Shown here in pieces: positions 18,032 to 28,283 of a stretch of DNA of 64,000 nucleotides (positions are counted from its first letter, which is position 1; every line of letters begins with the position of its first letter). The position numbers were made by a program, and so were the translations under genes. The notes below the pieces were generated by a model. That model was not told where the DNA came from. It saw only the letters and a program-made list of their open reading frames with translations, and did not search any database. Source of the stretch: Clostridia bacterium (GTDB lineage Bacteria; Bacillota; Clostridia; Oscillospirales; CAG-272); NCBI GenBank assembly GCA_017407835.1, contig JAFQVV010000032.1, positions 20,353-84,352 on the forward strand, read 5' to 3'.

Positions 18032-19456
18032 ATGAAATGGATTGAACGCGTTAAAACATTGCTCTTGGTGGGATTATTTTTGAGTTTTACCATATTGACC
18101 GTGGTGTATATTGCAGCCGTTCCGCAGAAAAGTGATGTTGGCGGCAATCTTCCGTCCGATGTGCTGGATGCATTGCACGGGGGGGCTGCCAAAAAAGATA
18201 CGCTGCAGTCGGATCAGCTTCTTCCCGATTTCTTTGGCTTGAAGCAGCCGGGGGAGTCGCCTGTCGGTTTGCAGTCGGGCGCCGATATGATGCACGACCT
18301 CAATGAGCTCATCTCCCCTTGGATCGGTTTTGTGCTTGGCGAAGAGATTACCTGCTCACCGTGCACGCAAAAAGAAGGAGAGGCACGCTGGCGCACATGC
18401 ACAGAGGCAACGGCCTATTTCTATCTGCGTTGGAGCAGTGCATTTCCTGCCGCGTTTTTGCGCGCACATGCCCTGCCCGATGAGGCCGATGCGATGATTG
18501 ATACGGCCCAAGGAGAGATGCCGCGCATTTACGAAATGTTTATTCTGCCCGAAGGACAGACCGATGACGGCGTTTGTGCGGTGAGTCGAGATGCCGCCGG
18601 CAATGTTGTGCTTTGGCGGTTGAATCATCAAAAAAACGGGATGCCGGACGATCTCCCCACCTTTGACGATTTTGCCATTTATCAGTCTCGCGGGGTGCTT
18701 CAGCCATTCAGTTTTGCCGATAATCTGTACGCCGAAATAACCTTCAGTTTGAGCTCGCTTCCCGTCCTTCTGTCTGCCGAAACTTTCCCGGCACTGCAAG
18801 CGATGTATCCTTTCTCTGCGTATACAGGTACCGAACGTATTCCGGATCGAATTTTGGAATATTTCGAGTATAATCTGAACAAGGCAGGAAGCTATTTTGA
18901 AAATGATACTGACACGGCAGTCTTTGTTGAAACGCACGGCACACTGCGTGCGACAGCCTATACCCTTGATTACGAAGCAACTCTGCAGGGGGGATTGCCG
19001 GTTGAAAATTTTCTCTCTCGCACCAATACTTCCTTGAATTTCCGTGATGATATCATGGCGTGTGAGGCGTTGGTTCTATCGTTGAGCCAGGCAGAGCGCA
19101 GTTTGTTCGGCGGTGCTGCCGAGCCTCAGCTTGTGTCGGTTCGGGCCGAAGGGGAAATGCTGATTTTGGCATATGCTTATTTTTACGACAATGTGCGAAT
19201 CGGGACGGATACGCCGTCAATCGTGATTGCAGTGCGTGATCATAAAATCATTTCCGTGTCGATGGAAATTGTCAATTACCGTGCCGATGAATATCACGCG
19301 CCCGCAGGAGGGCAGACATGGATGCTGCAGTTGAGTGAGTATCTCCGTGCCCGTGATGCGGAAGAGAAGGTGTATCTGATTGATCTTTGGTATACCATTG
19401 ATGAAACGGCACCGGACCGATTGATTGCCGAATGGCGGCTTTACCAAATGCCTTGA
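18032..19456 (+). CDS. YycH-like two-component regulatory protein (putative)
   Basis: Single N-terminal TM (KTLLLVGLFLSFTILTVVYI), 474 aa, positioned directly after the WalK-like kinase as yycH is in Bacilli. Confidence 0.45.
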   Translation: MKWIERVKTLLLVGLFLSFTILTVVYIAAVPQKSDVGGNLPSDVLDALHGGAAKKDTLQSDQLLPDFFGLKQPGESPVGLQSGADMMHDLNELISPWIGFVLGEEITCSPCTQKEGEARWRTCTEATAYFYLRWSSAFPAAFLRAHALPDEADAMIDTAQGEMPRIYEMFILPEGQTDDGVCAVSRDAAGNVVLWRLNHQKNGMPDDLPTFDDFAIYQSRGVLQPFSFADNLYAEITFSLSSLPVLLSAETFPALQAMYPFSAYTGTERIPDRILEYFEYNLNKAGSYFENDTDTAVFVETHGTLRATAYTLDYEATLQGGLPVENFLSRTNTSLNFRDDIMACEALVLSLSQAERSLFGGAAEPQLVSVRAEGEMLILAYAYFYDNVRIGTDTPSIVIAVRDHKIISVSMEIVNYRADEYHAPAGGQTWMLQLSEYLRARDAEEKVYLIDLWYTIDETAPDRLIAEWRLYQMP

Positions 19457-19478
19457 ATTTTGCCGAAAGGAGTTTGCG

Positions 19479-20432
19479 ATGCGTTGGAATCATATTAAAA
19501 CCGTGACGCTCTGTCTGCTGTTGATTGTCAATGTATGGATGATCTTTTTGCTTGTGCAGCGCCATATTGAACAGTCTTATCTCAATGCCGATGCATTGCA
19601 GAATGCGGTGGAAATTTTGGCAGAAGATGAGATTTATCTTCCCGTAGATCAGCTCGATCAGGAACGCCGCGATGCCGAGATTTATGCCGCGGTTCGTGAG
19701 GAAGATTATTATGAATCGGCAGCCGCGTTTTTTACGGCTTCTCCGATTGCAGATATTTTTCCTACGCCGTCCGGTTTGCGCATCCTGACCGAGGCCGGAG
19801 ACAGCATTAGTTTCAGTACAGCTTATGGTGTTACCTTTGTGCGTGCGGGAGAAAACCGTGATGCATTGACCGAGCGCGCCGCACAGATTGCCGCAGAAGG
19901 AGAGAAGGTTTCTGTTCACAGTTTTGGTCTGCGCAATCTGCGTGCAAAAATTGAACAGTGTCTGAATTCCACAGTTGGTAATGGTGGTGGAGTGGCTGCC
20001 AACGCTCGCCTGCATTTTGATGCGGCTTATCGGATGGACAATCTTTATCTGGTTCGATGCAGTCAGACCATTGATGACCGCGATGTGCTCTCGCACAGTG
20101 TTCTATGCCTGTATACGGCGGATGGCGAGCTGCTGTATCTTGATGGCACATGGAGTTTTTTGTCGCTGATGCGCAATTATTCGGCACAGCTTTACGACCA
20201 GATCAATATACTGTTTATTGAGAAGGCCACGGTGGATGAGTTACGTGCCGGTGGAGAGATCAGCGGCGCACTGACGATGGAAAGCCTCTCGCTTTGTTAT
20301 GTCTTGACCAGCGGGGGCAGTGCTGACAGCGGAGATACCATGGTCTACTTCGCACCGGCGTGGAAGATTACGTATACCGATGGAAGTTCCCGTGTGTATC
20401 ACGCTGTGACAGGGACTTCTGTTGCGCAATAA
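19479..20432 (+). CDS. YycI-like two-component regulatory protein (putative)
   Basis: N-terminus MRWNHIKTVTLCLLLIVNVWMIFLL resembles the YycI N-terminal TM pattern. ATG at 19479 follows AAAGGAG. Confidence 0.45.
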   Translation: MRWNHIKTVTLCLLLIVNVWMIFLLVQRHIEQSYLNADALQNAVEILAEDEIYLPVDQLDQERRDAEIYAAVREEDYYESAAAFFTASPIADIFPTPSGLRILTEAGDSISFSTAYGVTFVRAGENRDALTERAAQIAAEGEKVSVHSFGLRNLRAKIEQCLNSTVGNGGGVAANARLHFDAAYRMDNLYLVRCSQTIDDRDVLSHSVLCLYTADGELLYLDGTWSFLSLMRNYSAQLYDQINILFIEKATVDELRAGGEISGALTMESLSLCYVLTSGGSADSGDTMVYFAPAWKITYTDGSSRVYHAVTGTSVAQ

Positions 20433-20590
20433 AGGAAAAAGAAAAATAAATTTCAAAAATATCAAAATACCCCTTTTATTTTCATTTAATTTATGGTATA
20501 CTATGATAAGATAAGTATACCTATGCTGCGGCATACAGCCGCATTCAATAGAATATGACAACAGAACTTGAGAAAGGGCTGCGAAGTCTT

Positions 20591-21880
20591 ATGGAAAAGA
20601 TTGTAATCGAGGGAGGATACCCGCTGTTCGGCGAGGTTGAAATCAACGGCATGAAAAATGCCGCACTCCCGATTATTCTGGCCAGTATTCTGACCGGAGA
20701 TAAATGTGTGATCGAACACCTTCCCGCAATCAGCGATGTTACTCTGGCGCTGGAAATCCTGCGCAGTATGGGTGCGGGTGTTCGTATGATTAACCGCACT
20801 ACCGTCGAGATTGATACATCCTATATCAAGGGTGGAAATGCCCCTTACGATCTGGTCAGCAAGATGCGCGGATCAACTTATCTGATCGGTGCTGAGCTGG
20901 GGCGTTTCGGGGCGGCGCGTGTCGGTTGGCCGGGCGGCTGTGATTTCGGCGTGCGCCCGATTGATCAACATATCAAGGGATTTGAAGCACTTGGTGCAAA
21001 GGTCGACATTGAAAACGGTTACATCGTGGCAAATGCGCCTGAGGGATTGCGCGGGAACTCGGTCTATTTTGACTGCGTGACGGTTGGCGCCACCATCAAT
21101 GTGATGATTGCGGCTGTTCTGGCACCGGGGCAGACCGTCATTGATAATGCGGCGCGTGAGCCGCACATCGTTGATTTGGCAAACTTCCTCAATACCTGCG
21201 GGGCGAAAATTACCGGTGCAGGTACGGGAGTTATCCGCATTACGGGTGTCGAACGCCTGCATGGATGTACCTATACCATTATCCCCGATATGATTGAGGC
21301 GGGAACTTATATGGCGGCTGTTGCCGCTGCGGGCGGCCGCATTCGCATCACCAATGTGATTCCCAAGCATCTTGAAATTATTTCGGCAAAGCTTGAGGAG
21401 ATGGGGGCGGAGATTGAGGAATACGACGATACCATCATCATCGGCCGTACGCAGGAGCTTCGTCGTGCCAATATCAAAACACTCCCCTATCCCGGATTCC
21501 CGACCGATATGCATCCGCAGATGAGCGCGGTGCTCTGCTGTGCGCAGGGAACCAGCATCGTCTCAGAAGGCATTTGGGAAAATCGCTTCCGTTATGTGGA
21601 TGAACTGCACAAAATGGGGGCGGAGATTACCGTTGATGGCCGTACGGCAACCATTTTCGGTGTCGAACGCTTGACGGGAGCGCCCGTTCGCGCCGTTGAC
21701 CTCCGTGCCGGTGCCGCAATGATCATTGCCGCACTTGCCGCCGAGGGACGTACCGAGATTTCGGGCATCGGCAGCATTGAACGCGGCTATGACGATATCG
21801 TCGGCAAGCTGCAGCGCTTGGGCGCACATATCAAAAAGATGTATTGCAGTGACGAAAACGAACTGCTGGACGCAAATTGA
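20591..21880 (+). CDS. murA: UDP-N-acetylglucosamine 1-carboxyvinyltransferase
   Basis: MEKIVIEGGYPLFGEVEINGMKNAALPII matches MurA N-termini, and the rest is full-length MurA-like. Start is uncertain between 20555 and 20591; the SD is weak for both. Confidence 0.9.
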   Translation: MEKIVIEGGYPLFGEVEINGMKNAALPIILASILTGDKCVIEHLPAISDVTLALEILRSMGAGVRMINRTTVEIDTSYIKGGNAPYDLVSKMRGSTYLIGAELGRFGAARVGWPGGCDFGVRPIDQHIKGFEALGAKVDIENGYIVANAPEGLRGNSVYFDCVTVGATINVMIAAVLAPGQTVIDNAAREPHIVDLANFLNTCGAKITGAGTGVIRITGVERLHGCTYTIIPDMIEAGTYMAAVAAAGGRIRITNVIPKHLEIISAKLEEMGAEIEEYDDTIIIGRTQELRRANIKTLPYPGFPTDMHPQMSAVLCCAQGTSIVSEGIWENRFRYVDELHKMGAEITVDGRTATIFGVERLTGAPVRAVDLRAGAAMIIAALAAEGRTEISGIGSIERGYDDIVGKLQRLGAHIKKMYCSDENELLDAN

Positions 21881-21897
21881 CAAATACGCTTACACTT

Positions 21898-21936
21898 CGA
21901 GAGCCTGCGCGTACCACGGGTATGCGCAGGCTCTCG
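21898..21936 (+). terminator. Strong hairpin after murA without a U-tract
   Basis: Perfect 13-bp stem CGAGAGCCTGCGC/GCGCAGGCTCTCG with a 13-nt loop and no T-run downstream. Could be a terminator or an RNA-stability element. Confidence 0.4.
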
Positions 21937-21959
21937 GTGAACATAACAGGAAAACAAAA

Positions 21960-23390
21960 ATGAAGCAAAATCTTATGGATTTACGGCGCTTACCTGCGCT
22001 GTTTCTGTCGCTTTGGCTGTGCATATCGCTGCTGTCTACCGTTGCAGGGGCAGTCGACACACAGGGGAGTGAGCCGTCTTGTGCTTTTGCGGATGTCCGC
22101 GCTGACACCTGGTTTTATGGGGACATTATGTATCTTTATGAAAAAGGAATTGTCAGCGGTTATCCCGATGGCAAATTCCGTCCCGATTCCCCTGTGACCT
22201 GTGCCGAGTCGATGAAAATGGTTCTCACCGCGGCAGGCTGTCCGATTTCAAGCACGGCTGGGGTGGGAGAACCTTGGTATACACCGTACTATACCTATGC
22301 TGCCCAGAAAAATGTTGTGGATTGCGATGACCTTTCTCCCGACTCTCCCATCACCCGTGCGCGTGCCGTTCGGATGATTGTGCGTACCATCGGCCTTCCC
22401 CTTGATGTGAATGTAACCGATGCACATCCATTCGCTGATGATGCCGATGTTTATGCGCTGATGCTGCACAGTGTTGGCATTTTGCGCGGAGAAACCTCGG
22501 GAGATGGTGTTTATTTTCGGGGAGAGCGATGGCTGACGCGTGCCGAATTGTCCACGCTGGTTGCACGCATGATTCGCTATCTTGATGCTCTGCCTTCTTG
22601 TTCTGCCGAACAAGGCCTGATTCCCGTGCAGTGTGCCTTGCCAGAATCGCCCACAACGGTGGAGGATTTTGTGCAAATGCTGATCTGTCTGTCGGTCAGC
22701 GGCACCGAAGTGCAGGATTTTGTCTACCGCGGTGTTGACGTGGATACTGTAAAAAATGTCTACCTGCCGCGGCTGCGAGAGGCATACCCGATTGCGACCG
22801 ATCTTTGCCGGGAGTCGGTGATTTATTTCCATTATTTTAATATTACTCTCGCATATGTTGACGATTATGTCACAATGACGGTTCAGCTTCGCGGTCGAGA
22901 TTATACTGCCGATCAATGCCGTGCCATGCTTACCTATACAGTTGAGTGTGCTGAGGCAGTTTCAGCGGAAATTTTGGCGAAGATGGCAGAGGAGGGGGAA
23001 GTGGACCAGATGACCTATGCCCGACGCTGTTTGGACTGGATTTGCGAGAACTGTACTTATCTTGATCGCGAAACGCTAGTTGATCAGTATGCTTATTCGG
23101 TGTTCGCCGACGGAACCTCGGTATGCTCCGGCTATACTGCGGCGTATAATCTTTTGCTTAAGTTGGGCGGAGTCAAGTGTATGTCGATGACGGGTAATGC
23201 CAATGTGCACGGAGAGCTGTCGCCTCATGCATGGACGATTGCCGAGCTTGACGGGGAGATTTGCATGATTGATGCCACATGGTGCGACCGCGAAGATACC
23301 GATTCCTATTTTGCGGTGGATGAGGAGACCTTTTCTCTTGATCACATTCCCGAATGGGATTTTCGTACCTACTGGTCAATGCTCGATTGA
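21960..23390 (+). CDS. Cell-wall-anchored (SLH domains) transglutaminase-like protein
   Basis: Signal peptide. Two SLH-like motifs (FADVRADTWFYGDIMYLYEKGIVSGYPDGKFRPD and FADDADVYAL...). C-terminal Cys-His-Asp transglutaminase core (CSGYTAAY, HAWT, DATW). Start trimmed from 21726, which overlaps murA. Confidence 0.7.
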   Translation: MKQNLMDLRRLPALFLSLWLCISLLSTVAGAVDTQGSEPSCAFADVRADTWFYGDIMYLYEKGIVSGYPDGKFRPDSPVTCAESMKMVLTAAGCPISSTAGVGEPWYTPYYTYAAQKNVVDCDDLSPDSPITRARAVRMIVRTIGLPLDVNVTDAHPFADDADVYALMLHSVGILRGETSGDGVYFRGERWLTRAELSTLVARMIRYLDALPSCSAEQGLIPVQCALPESPTTVEDFVQMLICLSVSGTEVQDFVYRGVDVDTVKNVYLPRLREAYPIATDLCRESVIYFHYFNITLAYVDDYVTMTVQLRGRDYTADQCRAMLTYTVECAEAVSAEILAKMAEEGEVDQMTYARRCLDWICENCTYLDRETLVDQYAYSVFADGTSVCSGYTAAYNLLLKLGGVKCMSMTGNANVHGELSPHAWTIAELDGEICMIDATWCDREDTDSYFAVDEETFSLDHIPEWDFRTYWSMLD

Positions 23391-23416
23391 TTGGATGGTT
23401 GACCGATCTGTGCCTG

Positions 23417-23461
23417 TAAAACGGGGGTGCCGTGCAAATCAGCGCGGTACCCCCGTTTTTC
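23417..23461 (+). terminator. Intrinsic terminator
   Basis: 12-bp stem ACGGGGGTGCCG/CGGTACCCCCGT (one G-U pair) followed by TTTTT. Confidence 0.75.
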
Positions 23462-23491
23462 GGCAAATCATCAGGAAAATTTGGGTTTCTC

Positions 23492-23520
23492 TTGTAAAAA
23501 CATCAGAAATATGGTAAAAT
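23492..23520 (+). promoter_or_regulatory. Promoter for murJ
   Basis: TTGTAA, 17-nt spacer, TGgTAAAAT extended -10. Confidence 0.55.
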
Positions 23521-23549
23521 AAGAAAAACAAGCGGAGAGGAGGGGTTGT

Positions 23550-25076
23550 ATGAAGGGGGAAACACGCTTGGCGCGGACGGCTGTCTTTATGGTGGCGGCG
23601 GTACTGCTGTCAAAGGTATTGGGCATGCTGCGCGACGTGTTGGTTGCAGGTGCATACGGGACGGGCAGCGACTCAATCGCCTATGAAACTGCCTCTCGGC
23701 TGCCTATTCTCCTGTTTGATTTGATAATCGGCGGGGTGGTTGCCGCTTCCTTTATTCCGGTGTTCAATGAGATTTTTGTCAAATCAGGCAAAGAAGAGGC
23801 GTTTGATTATGCCAATCGGTATATCAATTTTCTCCTTGTCCTGACATTGGGACTGGCAGCGCTGGGGTGTGTGTTTTCCTCCCCCCTGATTGCGCTGCTC
23901 GCGCCCGAGCTTGCCGCCCCCACACATGATCTCGCAGTGATGCTCAATCGCATCATGTTTCCGATGGTCATATTTATGGCATTGGCATACGCACTGGTGG
24001 GACTCCTGCAATCGATGGGGGAATTCCGCTTGCCTGCGGTGATGAGCCTTGTTTCCAACAGCATTATGGTGCTCTATCTGCTTCTGTTCAACGAAAAATT
24101 CGGTACGGTTGGCCTTGCGGCGGCGATGCTGATTGGTTGGGCGGCGCAGGCGATCATGCAGATGCCGCGTGCACATCAGTTCGGTTATCGCTGGCGGCCG
24201 ACATCCCTTTCGCTTACCCCTGCCATTCGCCGCTCCTTGAAAATGGCACTGCCCATTCTTGTCAGTACATGGATGCAGCCGCTCTGTAATCTCATCAACA
24301 CGCGGTTTGCATCGGGCATTGCCGAGGGACGTGCCATCACGGCGATCGGTTACGCTAACCGTTTGTATGTTATCATCGTCGGTGTCTTTTCCTTTGTTGC
24401 GACGAATCTGCTTTTTCCCTATCTTTCACGCGCAACTGCCCGGGGAGAGCACCGTGAAGTCGAGCGGCTTACCGGACTTTCGCTGAAGCTGCTGGCATTG
24501 ATCATTCTCCCGATTTCGATTGGTGCGGCAGTTCTTGCCCAACCGATTGTGGGGATGATTTTCGAGCGCGGCGAGTTCAGCGCGGCTGACACGGCAATGA
24601 CGGCGGCGGCACTGCGCTGCTTTGCGCTGGGGATGCCGTTTATGGCCTTCAATGAGGTTTACACCAAACTTCTTTTCTCGCGTCAACGGCCAAAACCCGC
24701 TATGGCTGCGGCGATCGCGGGGATGTCGGTGAATTTCCTGCTCATTTCTCCTCTGAGTCGACATTTTGGCGTGAGCGGCATTGCACTTGCATCGGTTTTT
24801 GCTATTGCGGTCAATGCGCTGATCAATCACGTCTGCCTTTGCCGCATGGGAACGAAGTTGCTCTTCAAACGGGATTGGACAGACTTTGCCAAAATTTTGC
24901 TGGCCGCGGCGGTGATGGCCGTTGCTGCTGTCGCCCTGTATTCGATTTTGCCCTTTGCACGGTGGATTTCCACCTGCATGGCAGTGATTGTTGGCGCGGT
25001 GGTCTATTTGTTTCTGCTGATTTTCCTGCGCGAGCATGAGATGCGGGAATTGATCGAGCATCTGCGGCATCGATAA
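23550..25076 (+). CDS. murJ: Lipid II flippase MurJ/MviN
   Basis: LLSKVLGMLRDVLVAGAYGTGSDSIAYETASRLPILLFDL is a typical MurJ N-terminus; 508 aa, about 14 TM helices. Confidence 0.85.
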   Translation: MKGETRLARTAVFMVAAVLLSKVLGMLRDVLVAGAYGTGSDSIAYETASRLPILLFDLIIGGVVAASFIPVFNEIFVKSGKEEAFDYANRYINFLLVLTLGLAALGCVFSSPLIALLAPELAAPTHDLAVMLNRIMFPMVIFMALAYALVGLLQSMGEFRLPAVMSLVSNSIMVLYLLLFNEKFGTVGLAAAMLIGWAAQAIMQMPRAHQFGYRWRPTSLSLTPAIRRSLKMALPILVSTWMQPLCNLINTRFASGIAEGRAITAIGYANRLYVIIVGVFSFVATNLLFPYLSRATARGEHREVERLTGLSLKLLALIILPISIGAAVLAQPIVGMIFERGEFSAADTAMTAAALRCFALGMPFMAFNEVYTKLLFSRQRPKPAMAAAIAGMSVNFLLISPLSRHFGVSGIALASVFAIAVNALINHVCLCRMGTKLLFKRDWTDFAKILLAAAVMAVAAVALYSILPFARWISTCMAVIVGAVVYLFLLIFLREHEMRELIEHLRHR

Positions 25077-25106
25077 AAAACACGAGTTTTTGGAAGGGAT
25101 TTATTT

Positions 25107-26246
25107 ATGATTAAACTGTTTCACGTGATCAGTGATACCAATATCGGCGGTGCAGGGACACTTTTGCTCAATTACCTTGCCAACGCCGATCGTCAGCGCT
25201 TTGCCATTACAGTTGTCCTTCCGCGAGGGAGCGCACTTGTGCCGCGCATCACGGCGATGGGGATTCCCGTCATCGAAACCGAGCATGGGCATGATCGCTC
25301 CCGCGAGCGGGGAGCAGCTGCCGAATTCCGCCGTATTTTTCGCGCGGAGCGCCCCGACATTGTGCATACCCATTCGTCTTTTTCGGCAAAGCTGGCGGCA
25401 TGGCAGGTGGGCATCGGTGTGCGCATCTATACCCGTCACAGCGTTTTCCCGCCCCCCAAAAAACTGACGACTTTCCCCGGACGGCAGATTTCAGGGCTGG
25501 TCAACAATACCCTCTCGACGCATATCATTGCCGTTGCACAGGCCGCGGCTGATAATCTGACCGATACCGGCGTTGGTCCGCGCAAAATCCGCGTCATTGT
25601 CAACGGTGTTGAGCCGATGACGCCCCCCACTGCCGATGCCCGCCGTGCACTGCGCGCAAGTCTTGGCTGGGGAGATGAACATTTTGTGGTTGGGATGTCG
25701 GCGCGCCTGGAAGAAGTCAAAGGACACCGCTATTTCCTGGATGCCGCCGCCTCGCTTGCCGCGCAGGATGATAAGATGCGCTTCCTGATCATCGGCACGG
25801 GTGCTTGTGAGGCTGAGCTGCGCGCGCAGGCAGAGCGACTCGGTATTGCCGACCGCGTTTGCTTTGCGGGCTTTGTTACCGGTGTCGCCGATTATGTCGG
25901 CAGTATGGATTTGATTGTCAACTGCTCTTTTGGCACCGAGGCGACAAGTCTGGCACTTGCCGAGGCGATGAGTTTGTCTCGTCCCATTGTGGCAACCACC
26001 TATGGAGGAAATCCGTATATGGTTGAGGACGGTGTCAACGGTTATCTTGTGCCGATCAAAGATGCGCCTGCGCTTGCCGAGGCAATTCTTCGGGTGCGCC
26101 GTGATACCGAACAGTATACCGCATTGTGCGAGGGCGCTTATTCCCGCTATATTGAGCGCTTTACCGCCGCCGCCATGACACGGCAGATGGAGGCACTTTA
26201 TACCGAAGCGTTGGGGGAAAACGCTGCGCATACCAAAAGCAAATGA
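25107..26246 (+). CDS. Glycosyltransferase family 4 (GT-B fold)
   Basis: GGAGT N-terminal motif and C-terminal E(x7)E-type region (EATSLALAEAMSLSRPIVATTYGGNPYMVEDGVNG). Confidence 0.8.
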   Translation: MIKLFHVISDTNIGGAGTLLLNYLANADRQRFAITVVLPRGSALVPRITAMGIPVIETEHGHDRSRERGAAAEFRRIFRAERPDIVHTHSSFSAKLAAWQVGIGVRIYTRHSVFPPPKKLTTFPGRQISGLVNNTLSTHIIAVAQAAADNLTDTGVGPRKIRVIVNGVEPMTPPTADARRALRASLGWGDEHFVVGMSARLEEVKGHRYFLDAAASLAAQDDKMRFLIIGTGACEAELRAQAERLGIADRVCFAGFVTGVADYVGSMDLIVNCSFGTEATSLALAEAMSLSRPIVATTYGGNPYMVEDGVNGYLVPIKDAPALAEAILRVRRDTEQYTALCEGAYSRYIERFTAAAMTRQMEALYTEALGENAAHTKSK

Positions 26247-26250
26247 ATAA

Positions 26251-26293
26251 GGGACGGTCGGCGGCACGTTTTGCGTGCCGCCGACGTCCCTTT
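26251..26293. terminator. Bidirectional hairpin terminator
   Basis: About 17-bp stem GGGACG(G)TCGGCGGCACG/CGTGCCGCCGACGTCCC followed by TTT, between convergent genes. Confidence 0.7.
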
Positions 26294-26305
26294 GTGGGAG
26301 AAAAT

Positions 26306-27196
26306 TCAGTTCTCGTTTGCCAGCTTTTTGAACAGATGGGCAAAGATTGCATCTCGATTGAGATTTCTGACATAGATGAAGGAATGACGTGCCGTATCTG
26401 TCGCAAAATAGCAATCGTCGGTCAGGATGGGCGTGGGGAGAATGACCGTGTCCAGTGCATTGGGTACGGTGAGCAGAGCAACTGCCGAGACGTCCCAGAT
26501 GACCTTGGACCATGCGTAGGGATTTTTGGTATAAGCGGCAACGATGTTGACCAGATAATCGCAGAGCTCGTTTTTGCCGCCAAGATAGTACTGCAGCTCA
26601 GGTACACTGGTGGAGAGAAAGGAGCAAACACCGTTGCAGGGGATCAGAGCCAAGGGGACCTTGGAATCAAAGATGATCTGTGCAGCGGAAACGTCCTGAC
26701 GGAGATTAAACTCACGGGTGTGTGGCCAGTGCAGCGCATGGCCGCCAAGCCAGATTACCACCATTTTGGAGATGATCTCGGGGCATTTGATGATGGCAGA
26801 GGCCACGTTGGTGATGGCGCCGATGGCAATCACATAAATCGGCTCCTCCGCGGCGAGAACGGTGTTGATGATGTTGTCGGCGGCTTCGGATTCAATGGGG
26901 GTATTTTTATTGGAAAGGAAAGCGGTTGAGCCGCGATAAACCGGGATATTTGCTGTTGGATCGGTGAGGTGCATAATGTTGAAAATTTCCCGATAACTTT
27001 TTTCCATGCCGTCGCCCGCATCGGTGGAGCGGCTGTTGAGGAATGGCGCGGCGTTGATCGAAAGCAGTTCAATCGACTCGGGTGAGCGCATGGCATATGC
27101 GATGGTAAACTGATCGTCGATTTCGTTGTACGCATCGGTGTCGAGAATAATTTTCTTCGGCTTGCCCGATTTGATCTGTGCTAAAATGTTCTGCAT
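26306..27196 (-). CDS. Nucleoside hydrolase (inosine/uridine-preferring family)
   Basis: KKIILDTDAYNEIDDQF (the DxDxxxDD motif). ATG at 27196 follows GGGGAGGAAA; the track start at 27325 has no RBS. Confidence 0.8.
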   Translation of the reverse strand: MQNILAQIKSGKPKKIILDTDAYNEIDDQFTIAYAMRSPESIELLSINAAPFLNSRSTDAGDGMEKSYREIFNIMHLTDPTANIPVYRGSTAFLSNKNTPIESEAADNIINTVLAAEEPIYVIAIGAITNVASAIIKCPEIISKMVVIWLGGHALHWPHTREFNLRQDVSAAQIIFDSKVPLALIPCNGVCSFLSTSVPELQYYLGGKNELCDYLVNIVAAYTKNPYAWSKVIWDVSAVALLTVPNALDTVILPTPILTDDCYFATDTARHSFIYVRNLNRDAIFAHLFKKLANEN

Positions 27197-27229
27197 GATC
27201 TTTCCTCCCCAAGTGCGGTAGATGGCTTT

Positions 27230-27258
27230 ATTATAGGTGTTTAGGTGAGAAAAGTCAA
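27230..27258 (-). promoter_or_regulatory. Promoter for the nucleoside hydrolase gene
   Basis: Minus strand TTGACT, 17-nt spacer, TATAAT. Confidence 0.55.
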
Positions 27259-27290
27259 GAGAAATGGGGAAAAAACTAAAAAGCGGGAGG

Positions 27291-27333
27291 GAAAAAGGAC
27301 GAAGCGCTGCGGCGATGGCCGTCACTTCGTCCT
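27291..27333 (-). terminator. Intrinsic terminator of the flavin reductase gene
   Basis: 9-bp stem AGGACGAAG/CTTCGTCCT followed by TTTTT on the minus strand. Confidence 0.7.
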
Positions 27334-27339
27334 GTATTT

Positions 27340-27858
27340 TTACGCGCGGATGAGACAGTTTTCGATTTCGCAGATATAAACGTGGTGGAAATCATCGATG
27401 GGATAATGGGAGAGAAGGGCAGTTTCAAGGAGGGAATCTTTTTTGAGCACATCAGCATACAGTTTGCGGCACTCAAGCACCAGGTGTGCCTGTGCAAAGG
27501 TGATGCTTCCCGAGGGGAGAGTGTGAGGAATGAGTCCCGTTTCGGCGGCTTTGTCTACATCACGTCCGCTGTTTTTTCCGCAGAAGGCGAGGGCAGCGTG
27601 CATTTCCTCATCGAAAAAGGAGAGGGTGAGTCGGTCGGTTTTGCGGATAAATTCATCGGTGTAGCGCTGGGGACGCACGAAGCAAACCGCGACGGTTTTA
27701 TTCCAAAGAATACCCGTCATGCCCCAGCTGGCGGTCATGGTATTCCATTTACCGGTTTCATCGGCGGCGGTGATCAGCATCCAGTCGCGGCCAATTCGCT
27801 GAAATAGATTGTCGGAAAGTGTATAGGGATCTTGGGATTGAAAAATAATGTCAGACAT
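27340..27858 (-). CDS. Flavin reductase-like FMN-binding protein
   Basis: WMLITAADETGKWNTMTASWGMTGILWNKTVAVCFVRPQRYT resembles the flavin reductase / split-barrel FMN-binding family. Confidence 0.65.
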   Translation of the reverse strand: MSDIIFQSQDPYTLSDNLFQRIGRDWMLITAADETGKWNTMTASWGMTGILWNKTVAVCFVRPQRYTDEFIRKTDRLTLSFFDEEMHAALAFCGKNSGRDVDKAAETGLIPHTLPSGSITFAQAHLVLECRKLYADVLKKDSLLETALLSHYPIDDFHHVYICEIENCLIRA

Positions 27859-28066
27859 ATGAACACCTCGTTGGATGAAATTTTCGCCTATGCGGCAGAA
27901 CAGGGGATGGGATATACTTGGTCAGTATATGCACGGCATAGATATTTTACCATAAATTCAATAATTCCGCAAGCAAAAAGTACTCCAGGGGACGATAAAC
28001 AAGTAAAAAAATAAACGGTATATGAAGAGGTGTCTACATAAAGCAGGTTTTGCCTGATGCAAAATC

Positions 28067-28100
28067 AAAAGGAGTACGGACATTTGTTCGTACTCCTTTT
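28067..28100. terminator. Bidirectional hairpin
   Basis: AAAAGGAGTACG/CGTACTCCTTTT, a 12-bp stem with a 10-nt loop, about 185 nt downstream of the XRE-TPR gene stop. Confidence 0.6.
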
Positions 28101-28205
28101 CACATGCATTATCCTGCAAGGTCCAGTGTATTACACCTTTTAGGGGTACTGTCGGGCGGTAATAAGCCTTCCTTTGCACAAGGGAGCCTTTGATTTGTGC
28201 GCCCC

Positions 28206-28216
28206 GAAAGTCCATC
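28206..28216 (+). repeat. Left copy of the 11-bp direct repeat GAAAGTCCATC flanking the low-GC islet
   Basis: An identical 11-mer occurs at 31097-31107 in the same orientation. Both are followed within 20 nt by TTTTTTCT. Confidence 0.5.
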
Positions 28217-28283
28217 TTTTTTCTCGCAAGCACTGCTTTTGAGGACACAAAAGCGAAGCCCCGCACGAGACTGGGCAATAAAA

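Noticed and set aside
18022-18045. 7-codon mini-ORF (MHRHEMD) between walK-like and yycH-like genes, 4 nt after AAGGAGG
   Set aside because: It is too short and lacks supporting features. It is more likely that the SD serves the yycH-like start at 18032 with a long spacer, or by translational coupling.
21726-21959. N-terminal extension of the SLH/transglutaminase ORF that overlaps the last 155 nt of murA
   Set aside because: The extension crosses the murA stop and a 13-bp hairpin. A signal-peptide-bearing start (MKQNLMDL...) occurs at 21960.
27958-28278. 106-aa minus-strand ORF immediately downstream of the XRE-TPR gene
   Set aside because: It has no SD at its ATG and it runs through a strong bidirectional hairpin and the flavin-reductase promoter region. 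Only its 41-codon C-terminal part is kept, as a weak candidate in the findings.
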